IMG/VR virus record: IMGVR_UViG_3300033180_000001
Coordinates: 2,124-66,123 of that record
DNA from: a virus
Taxonomy: Duplodnaviria > Caudoviricetes
Reading direction: 5' to 3' (one strand)
DNA length: 64,000 nt
A program made the translations under genes and the position numbers. Below, piece after piece: positions 36,241 to 44,756 of the stretch. Numbering within the stretch: position 1 is the stretch's first letter; each line of letters begins with the position of its first letter. The notes beneath the pieces are model-generated. The model was not told the DNA's origin, did no database searches, and saw only the letters and a program-made list of their open reading frames with translations.

Positions 36241-37487
36241 TAGAAAAGTGCCTGATTAGAGCAAATTGAAGTCCAAATGTTGTCTGCTGGGTTTACCTGT
36301 GTGGTCCAAGCGTGACCATCTGGAGAAGTCATGACGCGGGTGTTTAATCCTACGTCTGCGACAGCGGCAAATATGCTGCCGTTCCACGCAACGCCGCGCC
36401 ATGTATTCGCGATCGATGAAGCGAACCCAGACCACGTCAATCCATGATCGTCGCTAGTCATTACTTGGAGGCCACCCAACACACTCACTGCGATTGCAAC
36501 AGCACGAGTCACGCCGTTGACACTCCCCATCGCTATGCATCCCCAAGAATGCGCCGTTCCCAGCGCAACTCTCGCCGTCCAGATAACCCCATCTGGGCTG
36601 GTCAACACTTGGGTGTTGACTGATGAACTGTTTTCAATAGCTATGAAATTAATGCCGCTCCAGGCAACTCCTTTGAAGGAAACATTTGAACTTGAGTCTG
36701 GATTGGTTGCATTCGTCCAAGTGACACCGTGATCCTGGCTATATTGAACATTAAGAGGTACAGAACTCGCAGCCACAGAAACGTCAACAGTTCCATTGCT
36801 TGCAAGCGAACCCCAATTTGCTCCAAACGCAGCCACTCTCATCGTCCAGTTGATGCCATCTGGGCTGGTCATTATTCTGTTGGCCCCGATCCCTGATTGG
36901 GCACCCGCGATGAATACGTACCCGTTCCAACAAACTGACTCCCAGTCCCAATTTCCTGCGGGTGTTCGGCTTGTCCAATTTATTCCATCTGGACTGGTCA
37001 TGACACCATCGCCTATACCATCGGAAGCTACTGCACAGTAGAGATTCAACGTCTGGCTGTAGCACACGGCTGTCCACGACCTTGCCGAAGCTGCGTTGTG
37101 CAATGACCATGTGATTCCATCGGAACTCGTCATGACCCGTTGCGCTCCAGACCGCGCCACGGCCACGAATATCGGAGACCGAGATTTTCTGATAGTGATG
37201 ACGTTTTTGTTTTCGCCAACGCCGCGAGTAACGCTGATCAAATTTGGGTCGCCAATGATGTCTATGACCTGAACGGTCGGAGACCCTAAATTTGCGCCCA
37301 ATAACATCCATTGAATAAACTGGTTGAATTGGGTTCTTTGACTGCTTGAGTCCTTGGCGCCGACTGCAAAGGCCGTGCTTGCTGCGGCAACAGGCATCAG
37401 CGTAAAAGACGCTGGCAGGTTTGGCCTAACCGGCGAACTCTCGTCCCAGATCGGATCTTCCGGCGTGTTGTCTAGGAAGTCATCCAA
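36240..37487 (-). CDS. receptor-binding candidate, BNR/Asp-box beta-propeller
   Basis: repeated (M/L)TSPDGxxWT and SxDHGxTW boxes; lower GC than flanks. Confidence 0.8.
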   Translation of the reverse strand: MDDFLDNTPEDPIWDESSPVRPNLPASFTLMPVAAASTAFAVGAKDSSSQRTQFNQFIQWMLLGANLGSPTVQVIDIIGDPNLISVTRGVGENKNVITIRKSRSPIFVAVARSGAQRVMTSSDGITWSLHNAASARSWTAVCYSQTLNLYCAVASDGIGDGVMTSPDGINWTSRTPAGNWDWESVCWNGYVFIAGAQSGIGANRIMTSPDGINWTMRVAAFGANWGSLASNGTVDVSVAASSVPLNVQYSQDHGVTWTNATNPDSSSNVSFKGVAWSGINFIAIENSSSVNTQVLTSPDGVIWTARVALGTAHSWGCIAMGSVNGVTRAVAIAVSVLGGLQVMTSDDHGLTWSGFASSIANTWRGVAWNGSIFAAVADVGLNTRVMTSPDGHAWTTQVNPADNIWTSICSNQALF

Positions 37488-37698
37488 AGGACACCGTGAT
37501 CTTGTTGGCGTTGGCGCCAGTGCCGCGTGTCACATTGAAGCCTGATCCTACGAAGTCCACTGTGTCGGCATCAGGGCCGCCCAGGTCTACTCCGTTGAAG
37601 CGAAACTGGATGTACTGTGGCATCACGCCGGGCGCCAAAGGGACATGGCCGCTGTCATCGCCTGCCTGCACAGAGAAGGATGTGGATGCGCCGCTCAT
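37480..37698 (-). CDS. 72-aa protein paralogous to the N-terminal module of the beta-propeller protein
   Basis: YIQFRFNGVDLGGP...VTRGTGANANKITV vs FIQWMLLGANLGSP...VTRGVGENKNVITI. Confidence 0.7.
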   Translation of the reverse strand: MSGASTSFSVQAGDDSGHVPLAPGVMPQYIQFRFNGVDLGGPDADTVDFVGSGFNVTRGTGANANKITVSFG

Positions 37699-38360
37699 AT
37701 GGCCTGCATCTTAGTGCGCACGCCACTAGAGCGCGGGCCCAGCGCATCGGCTGGGATCGAACCTGGGTTGTAGCCGCCGGCCGCGTTGTGCGATGCGCTG
37801 GCGGTCTCGCTGCGGAAGTGCGCTGCGTGCATCTGGCCTTCGGCCTTGTCGGTCCACGGCTGGCCGCCCATGCCCAACAGGTAGGCCAGCGCGCCATGCT
37901 GCAGCGTATAGCTCCAGTTGATCAGCAGCGTGTCATCGACGCTGTTCGATCCTGCCTTCGGCTGCAGCACCACACCCACATTCAAGGTGTAGATTTGATC
38001 GGCCTTCGGGTGCACCGCGAATGAGCCTTCAGGGACGTACTGGTAGTACTTCGGCACATCGTTGGCCTCGGTGGTGTCCCACTCCTCGGAGTTCTTGCCG
38101 ATCAGGCCGTGGATGTCGTCAGCCGCTTCGGTGATGTCGATGGCCGAGATGCCAATAATCTCGTTGTACGGGTCGCTCCCGAGTGCGTACAGGCGCTGGT
38201 CGACGATGGTGGCGCCGGCAATGGTGGCGCGCAGCCAGCGCGAGCGGTTGCAGAACTGCCGCGCGGCATCCATGTAAGCCTGCACGACCGTGGTGATCGG
38301 GGCTGACGGGCATTTCTGCCAGACCGGGGCGATGATGTCCTTGACGAGCACCTGGGTCAT
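37695..38360 (-). CDS. head-tail adaptor/connector protein
   Basis: CPSAP......AARQFCNRS..W...GALAYL..M..QPWTD. Confidence 0.7.
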   Translation of the reverse strand: MTQVLVKDIIAPVWQKCPSAPITTVVQAYMDAARQFCNRSRWLRATIAGATIVDQRLYALGSDPYNEIIGISAIDITEAADDIHGLIGKNSEEWDTTEANDVPKYYQYVPEGSFAVHPKADQIYTLNVGVVLQPKAGSNSVDDTLLINWSYTLQHGALAYLLGMGGQPWTDKAEGQMHAAHFRSETASASHNAAGGYNPGSIPADALGPRSSGVRTKMQAI

Positions 38361-38361
38361 G

Positions 38362-39009
38362 TCACGTGCCTCCTGGATTGGCCGACTTCTGGGCCGTGGC
38401 GATCTGGGCCGACGTGCTCACGCCGAGCAGTTGCTTGCCCTGGGTATCGTAGCTCGCCATCTTGGCCAGGTCTTGCCGGGTGGTGTTCTCGGCGTAGGCC
38501 AGCGAGACCACGAAGGCCTCGAGCACGGCCTCGTAGATGTCGTCGAGGTTGATCGCGCTGCCCACTGCGGCGATCGGCGTGGGCGTGATCCCATAGAGGC
38601 CGACCACGGAACCGCTGCCGTCGTTGGGCGGGAAGCACTCGAACTGTTTGCGCGTGCGCGGGTCGAACGTCCAATGCTGCACGTCCTGCTCAGGCGTGGC
38701 CGCGGGCCAGACGCGATTCGCTGCGTCCATGTTGGCGCGGCTGATCTGCGACACGCGGCGCTTGCTGCCTGCGTTCTCGTAGAGGTCAAACAGCGCGATG
38801 CCACCGACCGGCAGCGTTTGGTGCGAGCCGGCCACAAGCGGTATCGCAGCGCGTGCGGTCAGGATCTCGGGCTTGAGCAGGCAGGCCAGGCGCTCGGCCT
38901 TGTTGGTCATGCGCAGAAAGTCGGCATCTAGCCACGTCACGCCAGGTGACGGGTCCAGCAGGATGCGTCGGTAGCTGACGATCAGGGCGCTGACCAGCAA
39001 GGTGCCCAC
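38362..39009 (-). CDS. head-tail adaptor protein (DUF6682-like)
   Basis: LLD...VTW...L...ER...LKPE...LVAGSHQTLP...FDPR..KQF..FPP. Confidence 0.7.
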   Translation of the reverse strand: MGTLLVSALIVSYRRILLDPSPGVTWLDADFLRMTNKAERLACLLKPEILTARAAIPLVAGSHQTLPVGGIALFDLYENAGSKRRVSQISRANMDAANRVWPAATPEQDVQHWTFDPRTRKQFECFPPNDGSGSVVGLYGITPTPIAAVGSAINLDDIYEAVLEAFVVSLAYAENTTRQDLAKMASYDTQGKQLLGVSTSAQIATAQKSANPGGT

Positions 39010-39012
39010 GCG

Positions 39013-39462
39013 CTACTCCTTGGCGGCAGCGCGTGCGGCCTGGGTTTCGAGGAAGGCGGGGCGCAGCTTATCGGGCGCGAGGCGGTGATGCAGGCCGAAC
39101 TTGCGCTTGGCGCCCTCGGCGCGCACATCCTCGTCGCTCATCTTGGCCAGGTCTTCGGCGGTCAACTCGGTCACGACGTCGACGGTGATCAGATCCTTGC
39201 CATCGCCGGCCGCGATCTGCGCGCGCAGCCTGGCGTTCTCGGCTTCGAGCACTGCCAGCTCATCGGCGGTGGGCTGGGCTTGGGTGACCAGCTTCCACGT
39301 GTCTTTGTGCTCGGCCAGCTTGGGCCAGAGCCGTTTCGGGTACTCCTGCACATCACCCTTGCCGATCCACACGATGTCGGTGTAGTTGCGGCAGTCGTCT
39401 TTCAGTTCGATGTCGCGGACCAGCTCCACGAGCACCATCGGTTCATTCGGGTCGTAGTCCAT
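39013..39462 (-). CDS. hypothetical head-region protein
   Basis: CAGGAG RBS. Confidence 0.7.
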   Translation of the reverse strand: MDYDPNEPMVLVELVRDIELKDDCRNYTDIVWIGKGDVQEYPKRLWPKLAEHKDTWKLVTQAQPTADELAVLEAENARLRAQIAAGDGKDLITVDVVTELTAEDLAKMSDEDVRAEGAKRKFGLHHRLAPDKLRPAFLETQAARAAAKE

Positions 39463-39524
39463 CGTCGCTCCTGATTGTTGGTGGTGAGGGTGGGGACACC
39501 ACCGCAAGGCGTCCCCTGGCCCTT

Positions 39525-39992
39525 TTACTTCGGACCCAGCTGATTGATGTCGCAGATCATCCAGATTTCCGGGTTACCGGAGATGCCAGTCGGCGCGGTG
39601 CCGACCACCATCTGCACGTACACGTCCTCCTGGAAGATGATCGGTTTGAACGCGCAGATCAGTCGGCCTCCAGCCTGGCCGGTCGTTTGACCGGCAGCGG
39701 CGAAGTAGGTCGAGCTGGCAGCCAACGAGCTGGACGTGTCCACAGCGCGATAGCCGACGCCGAACACGAAGGTCGTGCCGGTGTCGCTGTCGTCGATCTG
39801 GAACGCCAACTGGCTGACTTGCGCGCCGGCTGGCACGCGGAAGTCGATCGTGTCGGCAGCAGCCGGCGTGCCGACAGCGCCGGCGGCGGTCGATGCCAAG
39901 CCGAGGACGATCTTGTCGATGATCGAGACAGCAGTGCCGTCCACGCGCATCGGCTGCGGCGAGAGGGCTTTTTGACTCTTGAGGGAGGCCAT
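39525..39992 (-). CDS. capsid decoration/cement protein candidate
   Basis: 155-aa beta protein directly after capsid gene. Confidence 0.65.
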   Translation of the reverse strand: MASLKSQKALSPQPMRVDGTAVSIIDKIVLGLASTAAGAVGTPAAADTIDFRVPAGAQVSQLAFQIDDSDTGTTFVFGVGYRAVDTSSSLAASSTYFAAAGQTTGQAGGRLICAFKPIIFQEDVYVQMVVGTAPTGISGNPEIWMICDINQLGPK

Positions 39993-40022
39993 GGTGAGAA
40001 TCCTTGAAGTTGAGGGTTTGAC

Positions 40023-40042
40023 GATGGGGCCGAAGCCCCGTC
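40023..40042 (-). terminator. cUUCGg-capped hairpin after capsid gene (terminator/stabiliser)
   Basis: GACGGGGC-TTCG-GCCCCATC; no U-run. Confidence 0.45.
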
Positions 40043-40048
40043 AGTTGA

Positions 40049-41350
40049 TCAGCTCACGCGCTTGCGCACCACGCTGTCGATCACCAGCACACCGAAGTCG
40101 GTGGGCTCGAGGTCGCCGGCGGCGTTCGGCAGGCTCCAGCGCAGCTTCTGCTCGGCACCGATGATTTCACCGGCGAATTCGAGGTTGCGGCCGAAGTTCG
40201 TGCGGTTCTCCAGCAGGGAGTAGGTTTCCTCGCTGGTTTGGTTCGCGCCCGACGCCATGCCCAGCGCTTGCGCACCGAGGAACAGCGAGCGTGCCATCAC
40301 GTGCGTGGTGGACAGCGAAGCCGACACGGCGCCCGTGGTCTCCGCTGCGGTCAGCCGGTTGGCCACCGCCACGTAGTTGTAGGCGTCACTGGCCGCGAAC
40401 CGGATGCCAGTGGTCATCTTGCGCATCAGGATGCCGTTCCAGAGGATCGGCGAGCCGCTGAACAAGGGGTGGGCCTTCAGGTTGCCGTACTCTGCACGCT
40501 TCATCGCGTTGGTTTCGAACGTACGGATGTTGTTGCTCGCCGTCGTGTCGGTGATCAGACCGTCCCAGACCAGCTCGTCGATCAGCAGGATGCCCTTGAT
40601 GGGGTCATCGCTGGCCGCCGGGTCACCCGGGATCTGGATCGGCGCCATGCGCGTCGCCATTTCCGACCACAGCGCTGCCAGCTCGTCGATGTGCGACAGC
40701 TTCAGGATGTCGGTCGTGGCCAGGGATGCCGATTGCAGGCCGCCCTGGGTCAGCGACGCCGCATTCACCACGTAGTGGCGGTTGTACGTCGGCGCCTTCA
40801 GCGCGTTGATCATGATGTCCGCGAACTCGGGATCGCTTTGCTGCGGGACGATCCAGTCGTTGCCGTCCTGGTTGCCACGCGCGCCGGCCAGCATGACCTG
40901 GCAACGCTGCCAGCGGAAGCGCGGCATGCCGCCCTTGAGCTGCATCAGCGCGTTCTGGCGCATCGAGTGCGGGGTGCGCTGCTGGGTCATTTTGCCGCCG
41001 GCCGACACGGGGAGCGTGGCCATGTCGATCAGGATGTCCTGGCTGCTGTACTTCAGCGCGGCGCCCTTGCCCTCGGCATTGGTGTCACCCATCGTCGGGC
41101 GCAGCTTGATGACGTGCGCGCAATCGATCTGCACGCGATCGCCGGGGCCCTTGGTCAGCTCGTCGACGCGCACGATGGGCATGTCGATCGTGGTCTGCTG
41201 ACGCAGCTTGCGCATGGCCGAGTCCTCGGTGGACATCGGGCCGGTGAGCATCTTCACGGGCGTGGGTTGACGCGTCGCCATCGCGGCGAGCGCCTTGCTG
41301 TACTGCTTATTTGCCTGCGGCGAGCCGCTGGGGATGCTGGTGCTGGACAT
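40049..41350 (-). CDS. major capsid protein, N4-gp56-like (DUF4043)
   Basis: PIVRVDEL.K.PGD.V...MGD.NAEG.G..L...GGKMTQQRT.H..R...DFGVLVID. Confidence 0.9.
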   Translation of the reverse strand: MSSTSIPSGSPQANKQYSKALAAMATRQPTPVKMLTGPMSTEDSAMRKLRQQTTIDMPIVRVDELTKGPGDRVQIDCAHVIKLRPTMGDTNAEGKGAALKYSSQDILIDMATLPVSAGGKMTQQRTPHSMRQNALMQLKGGMPRFRWQRCQVMLAGARGNQDGNDWIVPQQSDPEFADIMINALKAPTYNRHYVVNAASLTQGGLQSASLATTDILKLSHIDELAALWSEMATRMAPIQIPGDPAASDDPIKGILLIDELVWDGLITDTTASNNIRTFETNAMKRAEYGNLKAHPLFSGSPILWNGILMRKMTTGIRFAASDAYNYVAVANRLTAAETTGAVSASLSTTHVMARSLFLGAQALGMASGANQTSEETYSLLENRTNFGRNLEFAGEIIGAEQKLRWSLPNAAGDLEPTDFGVLVIDSVVRKRVS

Positions 41351-41391
41351 GGTGGTGGTCTTTCAGAGGTTGGAGACCGCCACCAGCGTGG

Positions 41392-42330
41392 TCAGTTCAG
41401 GCGAGCCATGATTTCCTCATCGCTCATGCCCTTGGCTGCCATCTGGTGGAAGTCGGGGATTTCGTTGTCGGGCATTTCCCCGCTGCGAAGTCCACCAGCC
41501 GTGACAGTGCGTTGCGCGACCGGGATGGCGTCGAGTCGCGCTTGGAGCTCTGCGGCAGTGGGGGCGGCGGGGGCCGGCGCGGGGGCGGGTGCAGGCGCAG
41601 CGGTTGCATTGGCGGTCTTGACCATCTTGACGGCCTCGACCATGCGTTCGGCAAGGGGCTTGCCCTTCCATGCTGCAGTACCCGACAGGAAAATGTCAGC
41701 GTCGACGGCGGCAGTCCACTCGGACTGCTTGTCGGGATCGTTCTGCCAGCTCACCAGCTCGGGGATGTCATCGACCAGTTCCTGCACGTTGGCGGGCAGC
41801 ACGTCGGGCTTGAACTCCTTGGTGGGAGCAGGCGGGGGTGCAGCCGTGATCTGCTTGCGCAGGCGTGCAATCTCAGCGTCACGCTCCTCGATGGCGGTCA
41901 GCGCGGTGGGCGCGTACTGCTCGAGGTCGCCTTTCAGCTTGTCGTCGATGGCAGGCAAGGTGCCGTTGGCCGCGGGGATCAGCTTGCGCAGTTCCTCGTT
42001 CTCGCGGGCGAGCGTTTCGGCTCGTTCGCGGTTCAGCCGTTCCTGATGCCGGGATGCGCGCAGCGCTCCTCGCAAGTCGCCCTTGGGCTGTTCCGCGGGA
42101 GCCTCGGCTGGGGCTGCAGCAGGTGCTGCGGCGGCCGGTGCAGCTGCTGGGGTTGGTGCTGCGGCTGGGGCGGGAGCCGGTGCGGGCGCCGGGCTTGGCG
42201 CTGGTGCTGGCGGGGTCGCGTCATCTTTCGCGTCGGTCAACAGCGCAGCGTCAGCGGCGAGGGATGCCCTCTGTGCCTCTGCCAGGTCGTTCATGTCGTT
42301 CGCGTCGATGTCGTTTGATCCGCTGTTCAT
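41392..42330 (-). CDS. capsid scaffolding protein
   Basis: between portal and capsid; PA-rich linkers, coiled coil. Confidence 0.75.
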   Translation of the reverse strand: MNSGSNDIDANDMNDLAEAQRASLAADAALLTDAKDDATPPAPAPSPAPAPAPAPAAAPTPAAAPAAAAPAAAPAEAPAEQPKGDLRGALRASRHQERLNRERAETLARENEELRKLIPAANGTLPAIDDKLKGDLEQYAPTALTAIEERDAEIARLRKQITAAPPPAPTKEFKPDVLPANVQELVDDIPELVSWQNDPDKQSEWTAAVDADIFLSGTAAWKGKPLAERMVEAVKMVKTANATAAPAPAPAPAPAAPTAAELQARLDAIPVAQRTVTAGGLRSGEMPDNEIPDFHQMAAKGMSDEEIMARLN

Positions 42331-42490
42331 TTCCTGTTCCTTCGCGCCTTTTGACGGTTGGCATCACCGCGGCCTTGCGGCCTCCACCCTGAGTACACGG
42401 GCGCTAGGTGGATGATTCCTGGCGCTCGGCTTGCCGTTGTGTACGCCCCAACGGTCACGGACTGGTCCGTTGGGGGCTGAAAGTGTCGCG

Positions 42491-42507
42491 AGTTTAGCCA
42501 GTGTCTG
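42491..42507 (-). promoter_or_regulatory. putative late promoter CAGACAC-N4-TAAACT for scaffold/capsid operon
   Basis: same motif pair recurs at 47508-47526. Confidence 0.45.
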
Positions 42508-42515
42508 ATTCCCGG

Positions 42516-44756
42516 TCACGCCGGAACTGCATCAGATGGGTGCATGGCGGGCTCGCTCGCCTGCTGGGCGACAGCCGGTGAGCCTTGGGCTTCGGCCATG
42601 GCCTCGTCGATCAGGCGCTGTTTCTCGGCCTCGGGGTCTGGTGCGGCTGCCGCTGTTTCGTCGACCGCGGCCTGGCGCTGGCCCAGCCCGACGGCGTGGC
42701 CAATCTCGAAGGTCTTGGCGCTGTTGAGCTCGGTCTCGCTCTTGATCTTGTTGATCTTCGCGGCCTGTTCCTCCATGCCAAGCTGCACCGCGGCCTGCTG
42801 GACCTGCTGCTGCTGGGCGGCTTGCTGGGCCTGCTGCTCCTGCATCTTGGCCTGGGCTTGCTTGTCGCCGGCCGTGGGCATGCCGGTGGCGCGGCGCAGG
42901 TCGTCGGCCAGTTCCATGCGGTTGGGCAGGTCGGTGGCCTCAATGAACGAGGGCGTGAGCACGGCCACGGCCTGCGGGTTGGCCTGCAGCGCGCCGATGA
43001 TCGTGGCGATCTGCTGCTGCTGCTGCATGCGGAAGCCGGGCGTGCTGGGCACCTCGCCGAGGCCCACGCGCACCGGTGCGTCGCTGACGTTGTTGACGAT
43101 CTGGCCCGACTGGGGATCGAAGTGGTTCAGCACCACCACGCGGCGCGAGCTGCCACGGCCGATCATGACCTGCAGGTCGGCGGTGTTGTGCCGGTTCACG
43201 ATGTTCTCGAGCAGCAGCTCGTACACCATGCGGCGGCTGTGGCGGTAGTTGTCGTTCAGGTCGCCCATGGCCACGGCGCCCTGCTCGATCAGCAGGCTGT
43301 TGGCGATGCCGCTGGTCACGCCGCTGGCTTGCTGGCCCAGTTGGCTGCCGTAGACGCCCGGCACGTCCTGGATCAGCTGCTTGGCGTCCTGCATGACGTC
43401 GACCTGCTCCTTTTGCAGGCTCAGGTTGTTGCCCACGCGGAAAGCGGTGTCGTTCTTGTTGGCGCGCTCGCTGTCGAGCACCACGGTCAGGTCGGGGCGG
43501 TTCACCCGGTCGGCGATGTCGGCCAGGGTGTTGACCTTGGTGTCCAGCGCATCGTTGTCCATCACGATCTGACGGGCGCGCAGCAGCCAGTTGATGCGGA
43601 TGCGCCGGCTGTTGTACTCCATCTGCGGGCTGATCATGCCTTCAACCAGGCCATACGGGCTTTGGTCCTCGTCGTCGCGGTAGGCGAAGAACGGCACGTA
43701 GGGGAAATTGCGCCGTGTGGTGCCCACGTCCTGCAGGCGGTGCGGGCCGGCGAACAGGCTCATGCGGACCTGTGTGGTCAGCTGCTTGGTCACCTTGACC
43801 TTGTTGGACATCACGGCCTGCACGTGCACTGGGTTGCTCTCGTCGAACAGGATGCGGCGCGACGGGCTCAGGTGCAGGATCACGCCGATGGCGGGGCACT
43901 TGTACCAAATCTCGTAGAGCTTCACGCGCTTGCGGGCGCCGTCGTACCAGTCGGTGCGGCGCTGGTAGTTGCTCCACCGGGTCTCGTCGGCCCAGTTGCG
44001 GTCCAGCACCATGCGCGTGGTGTCGTCCATGGTGTCGTCGAAGACGAAGCCGCTCCAGCCGTTGCTGACCTGGCGCAGCAACTCGCGGTTGCGCGGCATC
44101 TTGGCTTCCAGCTCGTCCAGGTCGCCCCAGCGCTTTCGCACGATCCACCGGCAGCCCTCGCGCAGCACGATGTTCGTGCTCTTCCAGTCCCACCAGAGCT
44201 CGCTGCGGTGCACGCTGCTGACGCGATCGGGGTAGTCGAGCGGATCTTCGGCCTCGGCCACCTCGACCCAGCCTACACCGGTGGTGACCTGGCCGAAGTA
44301 GGCATCCGACACGGCCATGTCGGCGAAGGTCTCGCGCTGGGCCTCTTTCATCGACTGGTTCAGCACGTCGCACACGTCGCTGCTCTCGTCGTCGTCGGCC
44401 TCGACCTTGATGTCGGTGCGGGCCTTGGCCTCGCTGCCGCACACGGAGCGGATCACGCGGCCCACCAGGTTGGTCGGGCGCACGTCCTGCAGGCCCTCGG
44501 CCACCAGCGCGGCCTCCTGCTCGGGCGTGAACTGCTTGCCGTCGACGAAGGCAGCCGCCACATCGGCGCGTGGGCGCCAGTTGGGTTGCTGGTCGCAGTC
44601 CGACACCAGGCGCTCGAGCCGGGTCAGGTTGAACGAGCCCGGGTGGGCCTTGTCCATGCTCGAGGTGTACTCGGGCGTGTCGTCGCGCACGTAGCGCAGC
44701 GTGGGGACTTCGAGGGCGCTGGCGTCGGTGGTGGCGGCTACTTGCTGGATGTTCAT
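42516..44756 (-). CDS. portal protein, P22-like
   Basis: DGKQF...N.....I..V.G.E...RTD...G.GWVEV...FPYVPFFAYR..E...PYGLV..M..PQ.EYN.R. Confidence 0.9.
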   Translation of the reverse strand: MNIQQVAATTDASALEVPTLRYVRDDTPEYTSSMDKAHPGSFNLTRLERLVSDCDQQPNWRPRADVAAAFVDGKQFTPEQEAALVAEGLQDVRPTNLVGRVIRSVCGSEAKARTDIKVEADDDESSDVCDVLNQSMKEAQRETFADMAVSDAYFGQVTTGVGWVEVAEAEDPLDYPDRVSSVHRSELWWDWKSTNIVLREGCRWIVRKRWGDLDELEAKMPRNRELLRQVSNGWSGFVFDDTMDDTTRMVLDRNWADETRWSNYQRRTDWYDGARKRVKLYEIWYKCPAIGVILHLSPSRRILFDESNPVHVQAVMSNKVKVTKQLTTQVRMSLFAGPHRLQDVGTTRRNFPYVPFFAYRDDEDQSPYGLVEGMISPQMEYNSRRIRINWLLRARQIVMDNDALDTKVNTLADIADRVNRPDLTVVLDSERANKNDTAFRVGNNLSLQKEQVDVMQDAKQLIQDVPGVYGSQLGQQASGVTSGIANSLLIEQGAVAMGDLNDNYRHSRRMVYELLLENIVNRHNTADLQVMIGRGSSRRVVVLNHFDPQSGQIVNNVSDAPVRVGLGEVPSTPGFRMQQQQQIATIIGALQANPQAVAVLTPSFIEATDLPNRMELADDLRRATGMPTAGDKQAQAKMQEQQAQQAAQQQQVQQAAVQLGMEEQAAKINKIKSETELNSAKTFEIGHAVGLGQRQAAVDETAAAAPDPEAEKQRLIDEAMAEAQGSPAVAQQASEPAMHPSDAVPA

